This document shows positions 20,414 through 27,618 of a stretch of 64,000 nucleotides of DNA, one piece after another. Position 1 is the first letter of the stretch; each line of letters starts with the position of its first letter. The stretch covers positions 762,376-826,375 of the forward strand of contig CAWEKI010000009.1 in the NCBI GenBank assembly GCA_963809695.1, written 5' to 3'. The notes under the pieces were generated by a model. That model was given only the letters and a program-made list of their open reading frames with translations, ran no database searches and was not told the DNA's origin. The position numbers and the translations under genes are program-made. The stretch comes from an uncultured Bacteroidota bacterium (GTDB taxonomy: Bacteria; Bacteroidota; Ignavibacteria; UBA10030; UBA6906).

Positions 20414-21055
20414 GTGATTGGCGGATATGCACCCGCGGCAGCCAGCTCGGGCAAGTAAGACTTAGGGAACAATCAGAAAATGTTGCGGGGCTAGAATACT
20501 GGGGGTGCTTTGTTGCAGAGCGTGGAGTAGTAGAGAGAGCGATTGCAGAAAGAAGGGAGAAGCGAAATGACAACAGGGGGTTGATTCGCAGGGCGTGGTA
20601 CCGCCACTCTTGAAGGGACGCCTGGAGAAGGGGAAGACCGTTTTACCGCTCTCTTGAGCCCATGGTCGTTGACCGATAGGCTCGTTCCCTCCGTGGACGC
20701 GATGAAATCAGAACGAATCTCCTTCTTCGCCAGAGGCGGTGTCGAAGGCCGCCACTCCTTGACGCCTGCCACACTGATTGAGCCAGCGGCAAGGAGAACA
20801 ACGACGATATTTCTGGCAAAGCAGAGCATTGGCTGTACGCCTGATTCTTGTACTGCTATTGAACCGATCTACTTGACTTCATGAAACGAAAAAACCAACG
20901 CTTGTCATCATAATCGTGACTTGCATTGGTTTACCGTTCACCAAATCTCCCCTGAGCTAGAGGGAATATCTCGTGACCCGTCTACCTGATTTGTACAGAC
21001 TTCACACTCAATATACCGCCGATCACATTCAATGTCAAGCAGAATCGGTAGAGAC

Positions 21056-21421
21056 TCACGAGAGTCCTCTCTGTGTGAAGACAATAATGCGTTCGCCCGT
21101 CTTAGCGCTGATATCCGAGTGCATGCTCACAACATCGCGGGCAGTGATTTGCTTGATGAGGCCCTTTACCATATCCTTTGAGTTCTCGATGAGCATTTGA
21201 CGCATTTCTTTTAGCAACTTTACACCAGCCAGATCTTTTGACAGTTGCATTTCTGCGGGGGTCAGAACGCCCTCCAGTCGTACAATGATCATATCGTCAA
21301 GAATGTACGTCTGCACACGGTTCGGTCCCCGTCCCATGTGTTCTCGCTCGAACTTAACCATCGCTTCGCTAATTTGGGCTTCAAGTTGCCCTTTGGATTT
21401 CTGAGGCATGTTGGAGTGCAT
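21056..21421 (-). CDS. DUF2294 (MpsC-like) family protein
   Basis: LEAQISEAMVKFEREHMGRGPNRVQTYILDDMIIVRLEGVLTPAEMQL is the DUF2294 N-terminal motif. Confidence 0.7.
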   Translation of the reverse strand: MHSNMPQKSKGQLEAQISEAMVKFEREHMGRGPNRVQTYILDDMIIVRLEGVLTPAEMQLSKDLAGVKLLKEMRQMLIENSKDMVKGLIKQITARDVVSMHSDISAKTGERIIVFTQRGLS

Positions 21422-21913
21422 GAAAGTTCACCCAGGATTCACTGATACCATAATGTACATAAATGTCAGTCAATATTCACTTCGCACTCTTTTGAAACGC
21501 CATTCTCTCTTTACCAGCCCATTGGATTAACCATCCAATTGCAGCAGTCGCAAGCGGTCTCCGCATTTCTAAGGGCGCGTGGCAAAATTAGGCCCGTTGT
21601 CTGAGCTAAGATCAGGGTGTATTGCAGAATTAGACACTCTGTAACCCTAAAAGCACAGAAGTTCGTTAGTAGGATTACCAAATACAAGCAGGTCAATCTA
21701 AGCACCGTTGCCACATTGCTTAGCGACCCTCTAGTGCCGTTCCAATTTATTCTGTCGGTATTTTCCTCCGCGCCGAATAAATTGAAATGGCACCAGGAGG
21801 ACACGATCCAGTCAAACACAGGTGAGAGAGGGAGGAAGAATGAACACCCCCAAGTGTTGACAGAATTGCGTATAACTGTTGATAGAAAACGGCCACGAAG
21901 AATGTAAACACCG

Positions 21914-21942
21914 TTGACACTTTGGTACAATTTGTGTAAATT
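21914..21942 (+). promoter_or_regulatory. sigma-70-type promoter for tRNA-Gln: TTGACA, 17-nt spacer, TAAATT
   Basis: Perfect -35 hexamer at 21914..21919 and a -10 hexamer at 21937..21942, 18 nt upstream of the tRNA 5' end. It sits at the end of a 535-bp AT-rich non-coding stretch. Confidence 0.5.
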
Positions 21943-21960
21943 AACTGCGCTTTACACGTT

Positions 21961-22034
21961 TGCCCCGTCGTCTAATGGCAAGACAGCAGACTCTGGATCT
22001 GCTTATCGAGGTTCGAATCCTTGCGGGGCAGCCA
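21961..22034 (+). tRNA. tRNA-Gln (anticodon CTG), CCA encoded
   Basis: 7-bp acceptor stem tgccccg/cggggca with U1-A72. Anticodon loop cuCUGga. T-loop GGTTCGAATCC. Discriminator G followed by CCA. Confidence 0.9.
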
Positions 22035-22037
22035 CTA

Positions 22038-22071
22038 GCATTTTGGATTGCGGATTTTGGATTTTGGACTG
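22038..22071. repeat. left arm of a ~34-bp imperfect inverted repeat built of aaaatcc units, flanking the four-helix-bundle gene
   Basis: gcattttggattgcggattttggattttggactg is the reverse complement, with one unit transposed, of 22545..22578 cagaccaaaatccgcaatccaaaatccaaaatgc. Confidence 0.8.
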
Positions 22072-22162
22072 TTATCGCAAGCTGAGTACAGTCTCAATTC
22101 CAATTGCTATTTGAAAACTGGACCATGAACTGCCACACCCATTCGTTCAGAAGGAGTGTAGA

Positions 22163-22531
22163 GTGGCTGGCATCGAGCAGGATCTAAAGCAACGGATGAA
22201 GAAACTCGGCGTAGAGATCATCCGCATGGTTGAGGGTCTGCCTCACCAGCTTGGTGCTGAAACCATCGGCAAACAAATCATCCGATGTGCAACATCGATC
22301 GGGGCCAATTATCGCGCAGCCTGCCGTGCACGGTCAAAAGCCGACTTCATCGCAAAGATTGCTATTGCAGAAGAAGAGAGCGATGAAACGATGTACTGGC
22401 TTGAAGTGCTTCAGGAGTTGAAACTTGTTGAAGCCCAATCATTCGATGAGTTGCACCGTGAAGCTGAAGAGCTTACAAAAATCCTTGTGGCTTCCGGCAG
22501 AACGGCAAAACAGAGCATGGCAACGAAGTAA
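22163..22531 (+). CDS. four-helix-bundle protein (23S rRNA intervening-sequence protein / Avd-like family)
   Basis: 122 aa reading LKQRMKKLGVEIIRMVEGLPHQLGAETIGKQIIRCATSIGANYRAACRARSKADFIAKIAIAEEESDETMYWLEV. The conserved S-I-x-x-N-x-x-E-G and E-x-x-Y-W-L motifs of TIGR02436 are present. It is flanked by long inverted repeats as in rRNA IVS elements. Confidence 0.8.
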   Translation: MAGIEQDLKQRMKKLGVEIIRMVEGLPHQLGAETIGKQIIRCATSIGANYRAACRARSKADFIAKIAIAEEESDETMYWLEVLQELKLVEAQSFDELHREAEELTKILVASGRTAKQSMATK

Positions 22532-22544
22532 TCACTGCCACTCA

Positions 22545-22578
22545 CAGACCAAAATCCGCAATCCAAAATCCAAAATGC
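22545..22578. repeat. right arm of the inverted repeat flanking the four-helix-bundle gene
   Basis: Partner of 22038..22071. It ends 5 nt before tRNA-Glu. Confidence 0.8.
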
Positions 22579-22583
22579 TCGTT

Positions 22584-22656
22584 GGCCTTATCGTCTAACG
22601 GTTTAGGACGTAGCCCTCTCAAGGCTAAAATACGGGTTCGATTCCCGTTAAGGCTA
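22584..22656 (+). tRNA. tRNA-Glu (anticodon CTC); no encoded CCA
   Basis: Acceptor ggcctta/taaggct with a G1-U72 wobble. D-stem gtct/ggac. Anticodon stem tagcc/ggcta with loop ctCTCaa. T-arm acggg-TTCGATT-cccgt. Confidence 0.75.
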
Positions 22657-22754
22657 CATAACTCAACCCCTCCCATCTCCCCTTCTCTTTGAAGAATAAG
22701 AGAAGGGGAGTGTGTTGCGCCCCGCCTCCGTTCTCAGTTCACGTTTACCATTCT

Positions 22755-23840
22755 CTATTGATACGCGGCCCTCTCTAATTCGTCAACCGATTTAAACGGT
22801 GTTGGTGGCTTCAGATACTTTGCGAGGAAATTGTAGATCTTCATCCGTGTCTCCTTCGCAAGCTTCGTGTCGATCCTGTCGAAGCTGTGTCCTCCCGGCG
22901 CGTCCGTAACAATCTCATACTCGAACTTCTTCCCGGCCGCTTTCAGCGCTTCGATGAGATGTTCCACTTCGAGGACGTTCACATCGTCGTCGTTCGTATT
23001 CGTGTGGATGAGAAGAGGCGTGTTGAGCTCCTTGACGTGGTTCACCGGCGAGCGTTTCCTGTATTCGGCCACATCTTCGTTCGCAGTCTTGCCAAGATGG
23101 TACGGTGCCGAAAATTCCTGCCGATAATCATCGTCGTAGTATCCCATCCGCTGGACGAGGTCGCTCACCGGCACGCCGGCGAAGGCCACCTGGTAGTCGC
23201 TCGGGTGCTGAAAGATATCCATGAGCGTAATGAGTCCTCCGTGACTCCAGCCGATCGCGCCGACTCTACCGCCGTCCACGAAGTCATAATTCTGGATCAT
23301 GTAGTTGCGCGCGGCGTGGTTGTCGTCCACCTCCAGCCCGCCGTAGTCGATCTTCTCATAGAAGGATTTGCCATATCCCGTGCTGCCCCGGTATTCCGGA
23401 GCCACCACGATGTATCCCTGCGCGATCAGCTCGCGGATGATATGGGTATGATAGGTCGTAAAGTCGGCATGGACACCGCCATGTGGCAGCACCAGGAGGG
23501 GATATTTCTTTGAATGGTCAAGCTTTCGCGGGGCGAAAATGTATGCCCAGAATTTCAGCGGATTGCGGGCTCCCATGGCCGTGGGATTTTGCACATGGGC
23601 AGGAGGAGGCCCGACAATATAGACCTTGTCGATGCTGGCCACATCGCTGACCTTGTCATACCAGAGTACGTCATCCACCGCTTTTGCGAGCTGGTCGATG
23701 CGGTGGTCGAGCGCTTCGAATTTCTTGTCCAGCAGCTTTTCTAGCCGGGCGTTGTCATTGTCTTTCTCCTGCGAGAAGGCCGGACCGGAGAGAAGAATGA
23801 GAATGAACGCCGCCACAAGGGCGAATGCAGAGGATTTCAT
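22755..23840 (-). CDS. S9 family peptidase / alpha-beta hydrolase (prolyl oligopeptidase-type catalytic domain), secreted
   Basis: Signal peptide MKSSAFALVAAFILILLSGPAFSQ. Catalytic-domain motifs: VVAPEYRGSTGYG, IGWSHGG (the nucleophile elbow G-x-S-x-G), and a C-terminal D...H region. Confidence 0.8.
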   Translation of the reverse strand: MKSSAFALVAAFILILLSGPAFSQEKDNDNARLEKLLDKKFEALDHRIDQLAKAVDDVLWYDKVSDVASIDKVYIVGPPPAHVQNPTAMGARNPLKFWAYIFAPRKLDHSKKYPLLVLPHGGVHADFTTYHTHIIRELIAQGYIVVAPEYRGSTGYGKSFYEKIDYGGLEVDDNHAARNYMIQNYDFVDGGRVGAIGWSHGGLITLMDIFQHPSDYQVAFAGVPVSDLVQRMGYYDDDYRQEFSAPYHLGKTANEDVAEYRKRSPVNHVKELNTPLLIHTNTNDDDVNVLEVEHLIEALKAAGKKFEYEIVTDAPGGHSFDRIDTKLAKETRMKIYNFLAKYLKPPTPFKSVDELERAAYQ

Positions 23841-24078
23841 AGAGCACACGAGAGAAGTGAGAGAGAGCAAAAATGAAACGAATGTGATAAAAGATACTCT
23901 TCGGGAAGACGACAATCAATCAAGAAGCGCAAGGAGTTAAAGAATGGAAGATGGAGAATCGAAAATCGAGGATGGAGGGATTTTTCTCCTCAAGATGAAG
24001 AAGTCCAAAAAAACTTGGCCCCCATCTCGGAAAAACGACTTACGGACTGTAATACATATAGGAAGGAGGAAGCAATCA

Positions 24079-24459
24079 ATGGCCAAAGGAGACGATCTAC
24101 AGGAACGGTTCGTGAAACTGGCGGCTGCAGTGATTCAGTTGACCAGGAAGCTGCCGAAGGATGATGGGGGAAAACACCTGGGTGGGCAAATATTGCGCAG
24201 CGGAACTTCACCGGCACCTAATTACGCCGAGGCGAGAGGAGCAGAGAGCGACAAGGATGTTGTGCACAAGCTGGGCATCGTGCTAAAGGAGTTAAATGAG
24301 ACGGTTGTGTGGCTCCAGGTGGGAGCATGCAGCAACATCTGCACAGAAGAGGCGGTGGCCGGAATTCTGGAGGAGTGCCGGGTGCTGGCCAGGATCATTG
24401 CGGCGAGCATTAGCACGGTCAAAAGAAGAGTAGGAGCATTACCTGGTAGTGGCAGCTGA
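24079..24459 (+). CDS. four-helix-bundle protein (23S rRNA IVS protein / Avd-like family), second copy
   Basis: KGDDLQERFVKLAAAVIQLTRKLPKDDGGKHLGGQILRSGTSPAPNYAEARGAESDKDVVHKLGIVLKELNETVVWLQV matches the same family pattern as 22163..22531. GGAAGGAGGA ribosome-binding site before the ATG at 24079. The ORF-track extension back to 23944 is translated repeat DNA. Confidence 0.75.
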   Translation: MAKGDDLQERFVKLAAAVIQLTRKLPKDDGGKHLGGQILRSGTSPAPNYAEARGAESDKDVVHKLGIVLKELNETVVWLQVGACSNICTEEAVAGILEECRVLARIIAASISTVKRRVGALPGSGS

Positions 24460-24496
24460 TGTACAAGGGCGGATAAAAAAGACAACTCCAGCTTTG

Positions 24497-24596
24497 AGAG
24501 CCGGAGTTGATCGAAGATGAAGATTCGAGAATCGAAGATCGAAAATGACCCGCAATTCTCGATCCTCGATTTTCAATCCTCGATTTTCGATTCTTG
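24497..24596. repeat. hairpin/inverted-repeat element with atcgaaaatcgagga units, lying between the second four-helix-bundle gene and the 3' end of tRNA-Arg(ACG)
   Basis: gaagattcgagaatcgaagatcgaaaatg...attctcgatcctcgattttcaatcctcgattttcgattc contains complementary arms. A related left copy, ggagaatcgaaaatcgaggatgg, sits at 23950..23975. Confidence 0.5.
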
Positions 24597-24670
24597 TGCG
24601 CCTGGAGGGACTCGAACCCCCAACCGTCTGATCCGTAGTCAGGCACTCTATCCAATTGAGCTACAGGCGC
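24597..24670 (-). tRNA. tRNA-Arg (anticodon ACG); no encoded CCA
   Basis: Reverse complement GCGCCTGTAGCTCAATTGGATAGAGTGCCTGACTACGGATCAGACGGTTGGGGGTTCGAGTCCCTCCAGGCGCA. Acceptor gcgcctg/caggcgc, anticodon loop cuACGga, T-loop GGTTCGAGTCC. Confidence 0.85.
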
Positions 24671-24775
24671 ATTTGGACATCAAATATACGAAACCTCGTG
24701 CAGCAATGCAACCTGGTTTGGACAGTCGTCGGGATTCTCCAGAACTGGATAGGCATCTCCGTTCATCTGTCGCTC

Positions 24776-25921
24776 TCAGCTCTCTACCTCACGTCTGATC
24801 CTGATTTTCATCGCCCCGGGAATCTCCGCGGTTGACACAAGAATCAGATACCCCCCGCCGCCCGCACCGGAGATCTTCCATCCATAGGCCCCCGGCGAGA
24901 ATGCCGCGATAGAATCCCGTACGGCCTTGCTCACCATCCTCGGGAACATTTTCGTCTGCGCATCGAACGATTTCCGCACGCATGTTCCGAAAAGTTCAAT
25001 GTCCTGTCGCAGGATTGCCTCCCAACACTCCTCGGCGGCCATGGAAAGATCTCTGGCGTTCTGCGCATTGATCTGCGTTCCCTCAAGGACGTCGTAATCA
25101 GACTCCCGGGGTCCGAGAGTTACAAGTGAGAGATGCTCCTCCAACCACCGGAGGACAGGCTCATCTTGCATTGATTGGATCGCACAAGGCCAGTATCCTC
25201 CGTCATAGGAAAGCTTGTTGAGTCCGGGAAGCATGATCCCGAGCGCGTCTTGAGAGCCCGCAACGATCTTGGTCCCCGGCACGTTCTCATATCCGAAGAG
25301 TACCTTCGCATGGTGTTCGCCATCCCCGGAGGGAATCGATGTTTTCCAGAGCTCGACCGCTTTCTTTCTCGTACTTGATGCCATGCCGCTTCGGTCGTTG
25401 AACTCGATTGTGGGCTCAATAGAGATCGTGAGGACCGGGCCGACCGCATGTTTTGACACGAAAGGTTGGTCGAGCCATCCCCCCGCAAGGTCAATTCTAT
25501 AGGGAATGGTACACTCTGTGCGAAGCGATGTGGTTGATCGTGTCGGCAGGCCAACGTGTGGGATCCTCTTCAGGACGACGTACTCGGCTCCCCTATTCTT
25601 GCACAACTCCCCCTTCGCGGGAGTGTTTCCGTCTTCATTCACCACAAAAACATCCGGGGCGATGTCTTCAAACTCCTCAAGAAAGTCCATGATACCCGAA
25701 CCCTTGCTGATCCTGCATTCCTTCACACAACGCATTGCCTCGATCATGAACTTGCGTTCGTCTTGTGTGTAAATGGGATATCTCCCTTTGAGGCTGTACA
25801 GAGTGCTATCGGAGCCGATGCACACATGCAGATCCCCATACTCCGCCGCCTGCTGAAGGAACGCAATATGCCCGCTGTGGAGCATGTCGAAACAACCGGA
25901 AACGAACACCTTTTTTGGCAT
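24776..25921 (-). CDS. bifunctional sugar-phosphate nucleotidyltransferase (cytidylyltransferase-like, N-terminal) / GHMP-family sugar kinase (C-terminal)
   Basis: N-terminal KKVFVSGCFDMLHSGHIAFLQQA is the (H/T)xGH nucleotidyltransferase motif of the TagD/RfaE-domain-II class. C-terminal YRIDLAGGWLDQPF and KISGAGGGGYLILV are GHMP kinase motifs 1 and 3. Start taken at MPKK (25921); the ORF extends to 26149 and overlaps the upstream gene. Confidence 0.65.
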   Translation of the reverse strand: MPKKVFVSGCFDMLHSGHIAFLQQAAEYGDLHVCIGSDSTLYSLKGRYPIYTQDERKFMIEAMRCVKECRISKGSGIMDFLEEFEDIAPDVFVVNEDGNTPAKGELCKNRGAEYVVLKRIPHVGLPTRSTTSLRTECTIPYRIDLAGGWLDQPFVSKHAVGPVLTISIEPTIEFNDRSGMASSTRKKAVELWKTSIPSGDGEHHAKVLFGYENVPGTKIVAGSQDALGIMLPGLNKLSYDGGYWPCAIQSMQDEPVLRWLEEHLSLVTLGPRESDYDVLEGTQINAQNARDLSMAAEECWEAILRQDIELFGTCVRKSFDAQTKMFPRMVSKAVRDSIAAFSPGAYGWKISGAGGGGYLILVSTAEIPGAMKIRIRREVES

Positions 25922-25941
25922 TGGCAATCCTTGCCTGGCTA

Positions 25942-27000
25942 CTATTTGTATCCCACTGAGACAAACCCCACCCAGTGTTTCAGCGAAAACGGAGCCGTGG
26001 TCCCCATCCCCGTTTGCTTCAGCGGAATGACCCCTTCTGTGTACGTGTCGGAATAGCGCAGCACTGTTCCTGTAACGCTCCGATGCTTCACGTTCGTTGC
26101 GGTTTTCTGGAGCGTCAGCAGGCCGAAGGGAATCGAATACTTGCCGCACCAGACGACATTTCCCTGGTCGGCATATGTTGGACCCCAGAGATCGCGCGTG
26201 AGTTCGCTGACCTTGCGGCTGTCGCTTGCCCCGGCAAGATCATTTTGTGCAATCGAGCTGTCGCGCTCGACGCCCCGCGTATGTGCCGCGGCATCCTCGC
26301 CGAACGGCACGTTGTTGAAATCTTTCCCGTAGTGGTTCGCGTCGGATGAGATGAGGATCACGATGTCCTTCCCCAGCACATATTTCTTTTCCTGAATGTA
26401 TTGCGCTAATGCGCCGGCGAGCCTCTCGGAGAGTTCTTCCATCCGTTGCAACGGCATGGCGGTCACCATGATGGGAGTGATAATCACTCCTCTATTATAG
26501 TGTTGGAGGAACGGAATGGCGGCTTCGATCGAATGTTCCAGTTCATGCGCCTTGTTGCTCACGAGGATCTGCGAGGAATCCATTCGGCTTCTGATGTACT
26601 CGCGCAGTGGAGAGACCGGGACGTCGGCATACGGTCCCCGCCATTTCTCGAACGTATCGAAGATAAGGACATTCTTCGGATCACCAATCTCTTTCCTGAC
26701 GCCGCCGTGCATCACGCCGAAGATCACGACCTCTTTTGCCCGCAGTCCGCGGTAGAGAGCTATGTAGACCCGCCCGGCATAGAGGAAGTCGTCATGCGGA
26801 GAGATCCCCCCAACCAGGCCGGTCGGCACCGGATTGTTCTGCTCATTTTTCTCCAGGTAGGCAATGAGGCGGTCCATCTGGGCTGCGTCCCAGCAGAAGC
26901 CCACATCGTCACGGACAGGGCGGATATTCTGTGACGAGGCAACAAGGGGCAGAGCCGGGAGGATGAGGAGGGAGAGTGATATTAGTGAGAGGAATCGCAT
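25942..27000 (-). CDS. secreted MEMO1-like protein (AmmeMemoRadiSam system protein B-like fold)
   Basis: Signal peptide MRFLSLISLSLLILPALPLVASSQ. GISPHDDFLYAGRVY resembles the Memo P-H-A-G-Y-x-Y-S-G motif. HYGKDF matches the second His region. The family assignment is tentative. Confidence 0.45.
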   Translation of the reverse strand: MRFLSLISLSLLILPALPLVASSQNIRPVRDDVGFCWDAAQMDRLIAYLEKNEQNNPVPTGLVGGISPHDDFLYAGRVYIALYRGLRAKEVVIFGVMHGGVRKEIGDPKNVLIFDTFEKWRGPYADVPVSPLREYIRSRMDSSQILVSNKAHELEHSIEAAIPFLQHYNRGVIITPIMVTAMPLQRMEELSERLAGALAQYIQEKKYVLGKDIVILISSDANHYGKDFNNVPFGEDAAAHTRGVERDSSIAQNDLAGASDSRKVSELTRDLWGPTYADQGNVVWCGKYSIPFGLLTLQKTATNVKHRSVTGTVLRYSDTYTEGVIPLKQTGMGTTAPFSLKHWVGFVSVGYK

Positions 27001-27077
27001 CGAGGGAGTCCTTATGTAATAGAGGAAAGATATACGATTCCCGGGTTTGGGTCAAGCTGGGGACAAGACGAACACAG

Positions 27078-27213
27078 AGGGAGGAGAAAAATTGAGGATG
27101 GAAGATGGAGGATGGAAGATGGAGGATGGAGGATGGAGGATGGAAGATTGAGAATTGAGCCTGCCTTTACATAATTTTCAATCCTCGATTCTCAATCTTC
27201 GATTTTCAATCCT
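27078..27213. repeat. degenerate long hairpin with no ORF; left arm is ggatggaagatggagg tandem units, right arm is tcaatcctcgattctcaatcttcgattttcaatcctc
   Basis: The left arm has about 6 tandem 11-12-bp units (gaggatggaag/atggaggatgg). The right arm is its approximate reverse complement around the loop cctgcctttacataa. Its sequence family is the same as the repeats flanking the 24079 gene. Confidence 0.5.
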
Positions 27214-27243
27214 CGTGCGCCTGACAGGAGTCGAACCTGCAAC
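27214..27243. repeat. 30-bp direct duplicate of the 3' end of tRNA-Arg(TCG)
   Basis: cgtgcgcctgacaggagtcgaacctgcaac at 27214..27243 is identical to 27326..27355. Two small hairpins (27248..27291 and 27297..27319) separate the copies. Confidence 0.8.
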
Positions 27244-27327
27244 TCCCAAAATAACACGACTTAACGTTTCCTGTTAAGTCGTTGTTATTTTGTGGATCCC
27301 GCTCGTTTTCCGAGCGGGACCTATACG

Positions 27328-27401
27328 TGCGCCTGACAGGAGTCGAACCTGCAACCCTCAGATCCGAAGTCTGATGCTCTATCCAGTTGAGCTACAGGCG
27401 C
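27328..27401 (-). tRNA. tRNA-Arg (anticodon TCG); no encoded CCA
   Basis: Reverse complement GCGCCTGTAGCTCAACTGGATAGAGCATCAGACTTCGGATCTGAGGGTTGCAGGTTCGACTCCTGTCAGGCGCA. Anticodon loop cuUCGga. T-loop GGTTCGACTCC. Confidence 0.85.
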
Positions 27402-27618
27402 GGTTGCTGGTTGATACGTACGAAAAAGATTCCTCTTTTGCAATCAGGATATCGACGTGCTTTTGCGGCGGAGGAATGCCGCATCAAGTGCACTCCCACT
27501 TTGGGCCGCACGGAGTGTGCACATCTGTGACAAAAAGGGCCCCACGACGGGGGCCCATGCTTTGCAGAATACGGAGACTCAGGCTCGGACGAGCAATATC
27601 AAATGACTCCGGAAATCT

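Noticed and set aside
19728-20417. 229-aa plus-strand ORF competing with the minus-strand ORF 19895..20413.
   Set aside because: Cys/Trp-rich and non-protein-like. The minus-strand ORF was kept, at low confidence, because it fits the all-minus operon layout.
27078-27150. Tandem ggatggaagatggagg repeats considered as a CRISPR or minisatellite.
   Set aside because: Units are 11-12 bp with no spacers. Together with the complementary units on the other arm they form a hairpin, not a CRISPR array. No CRISPR array was found anywhere in the window.
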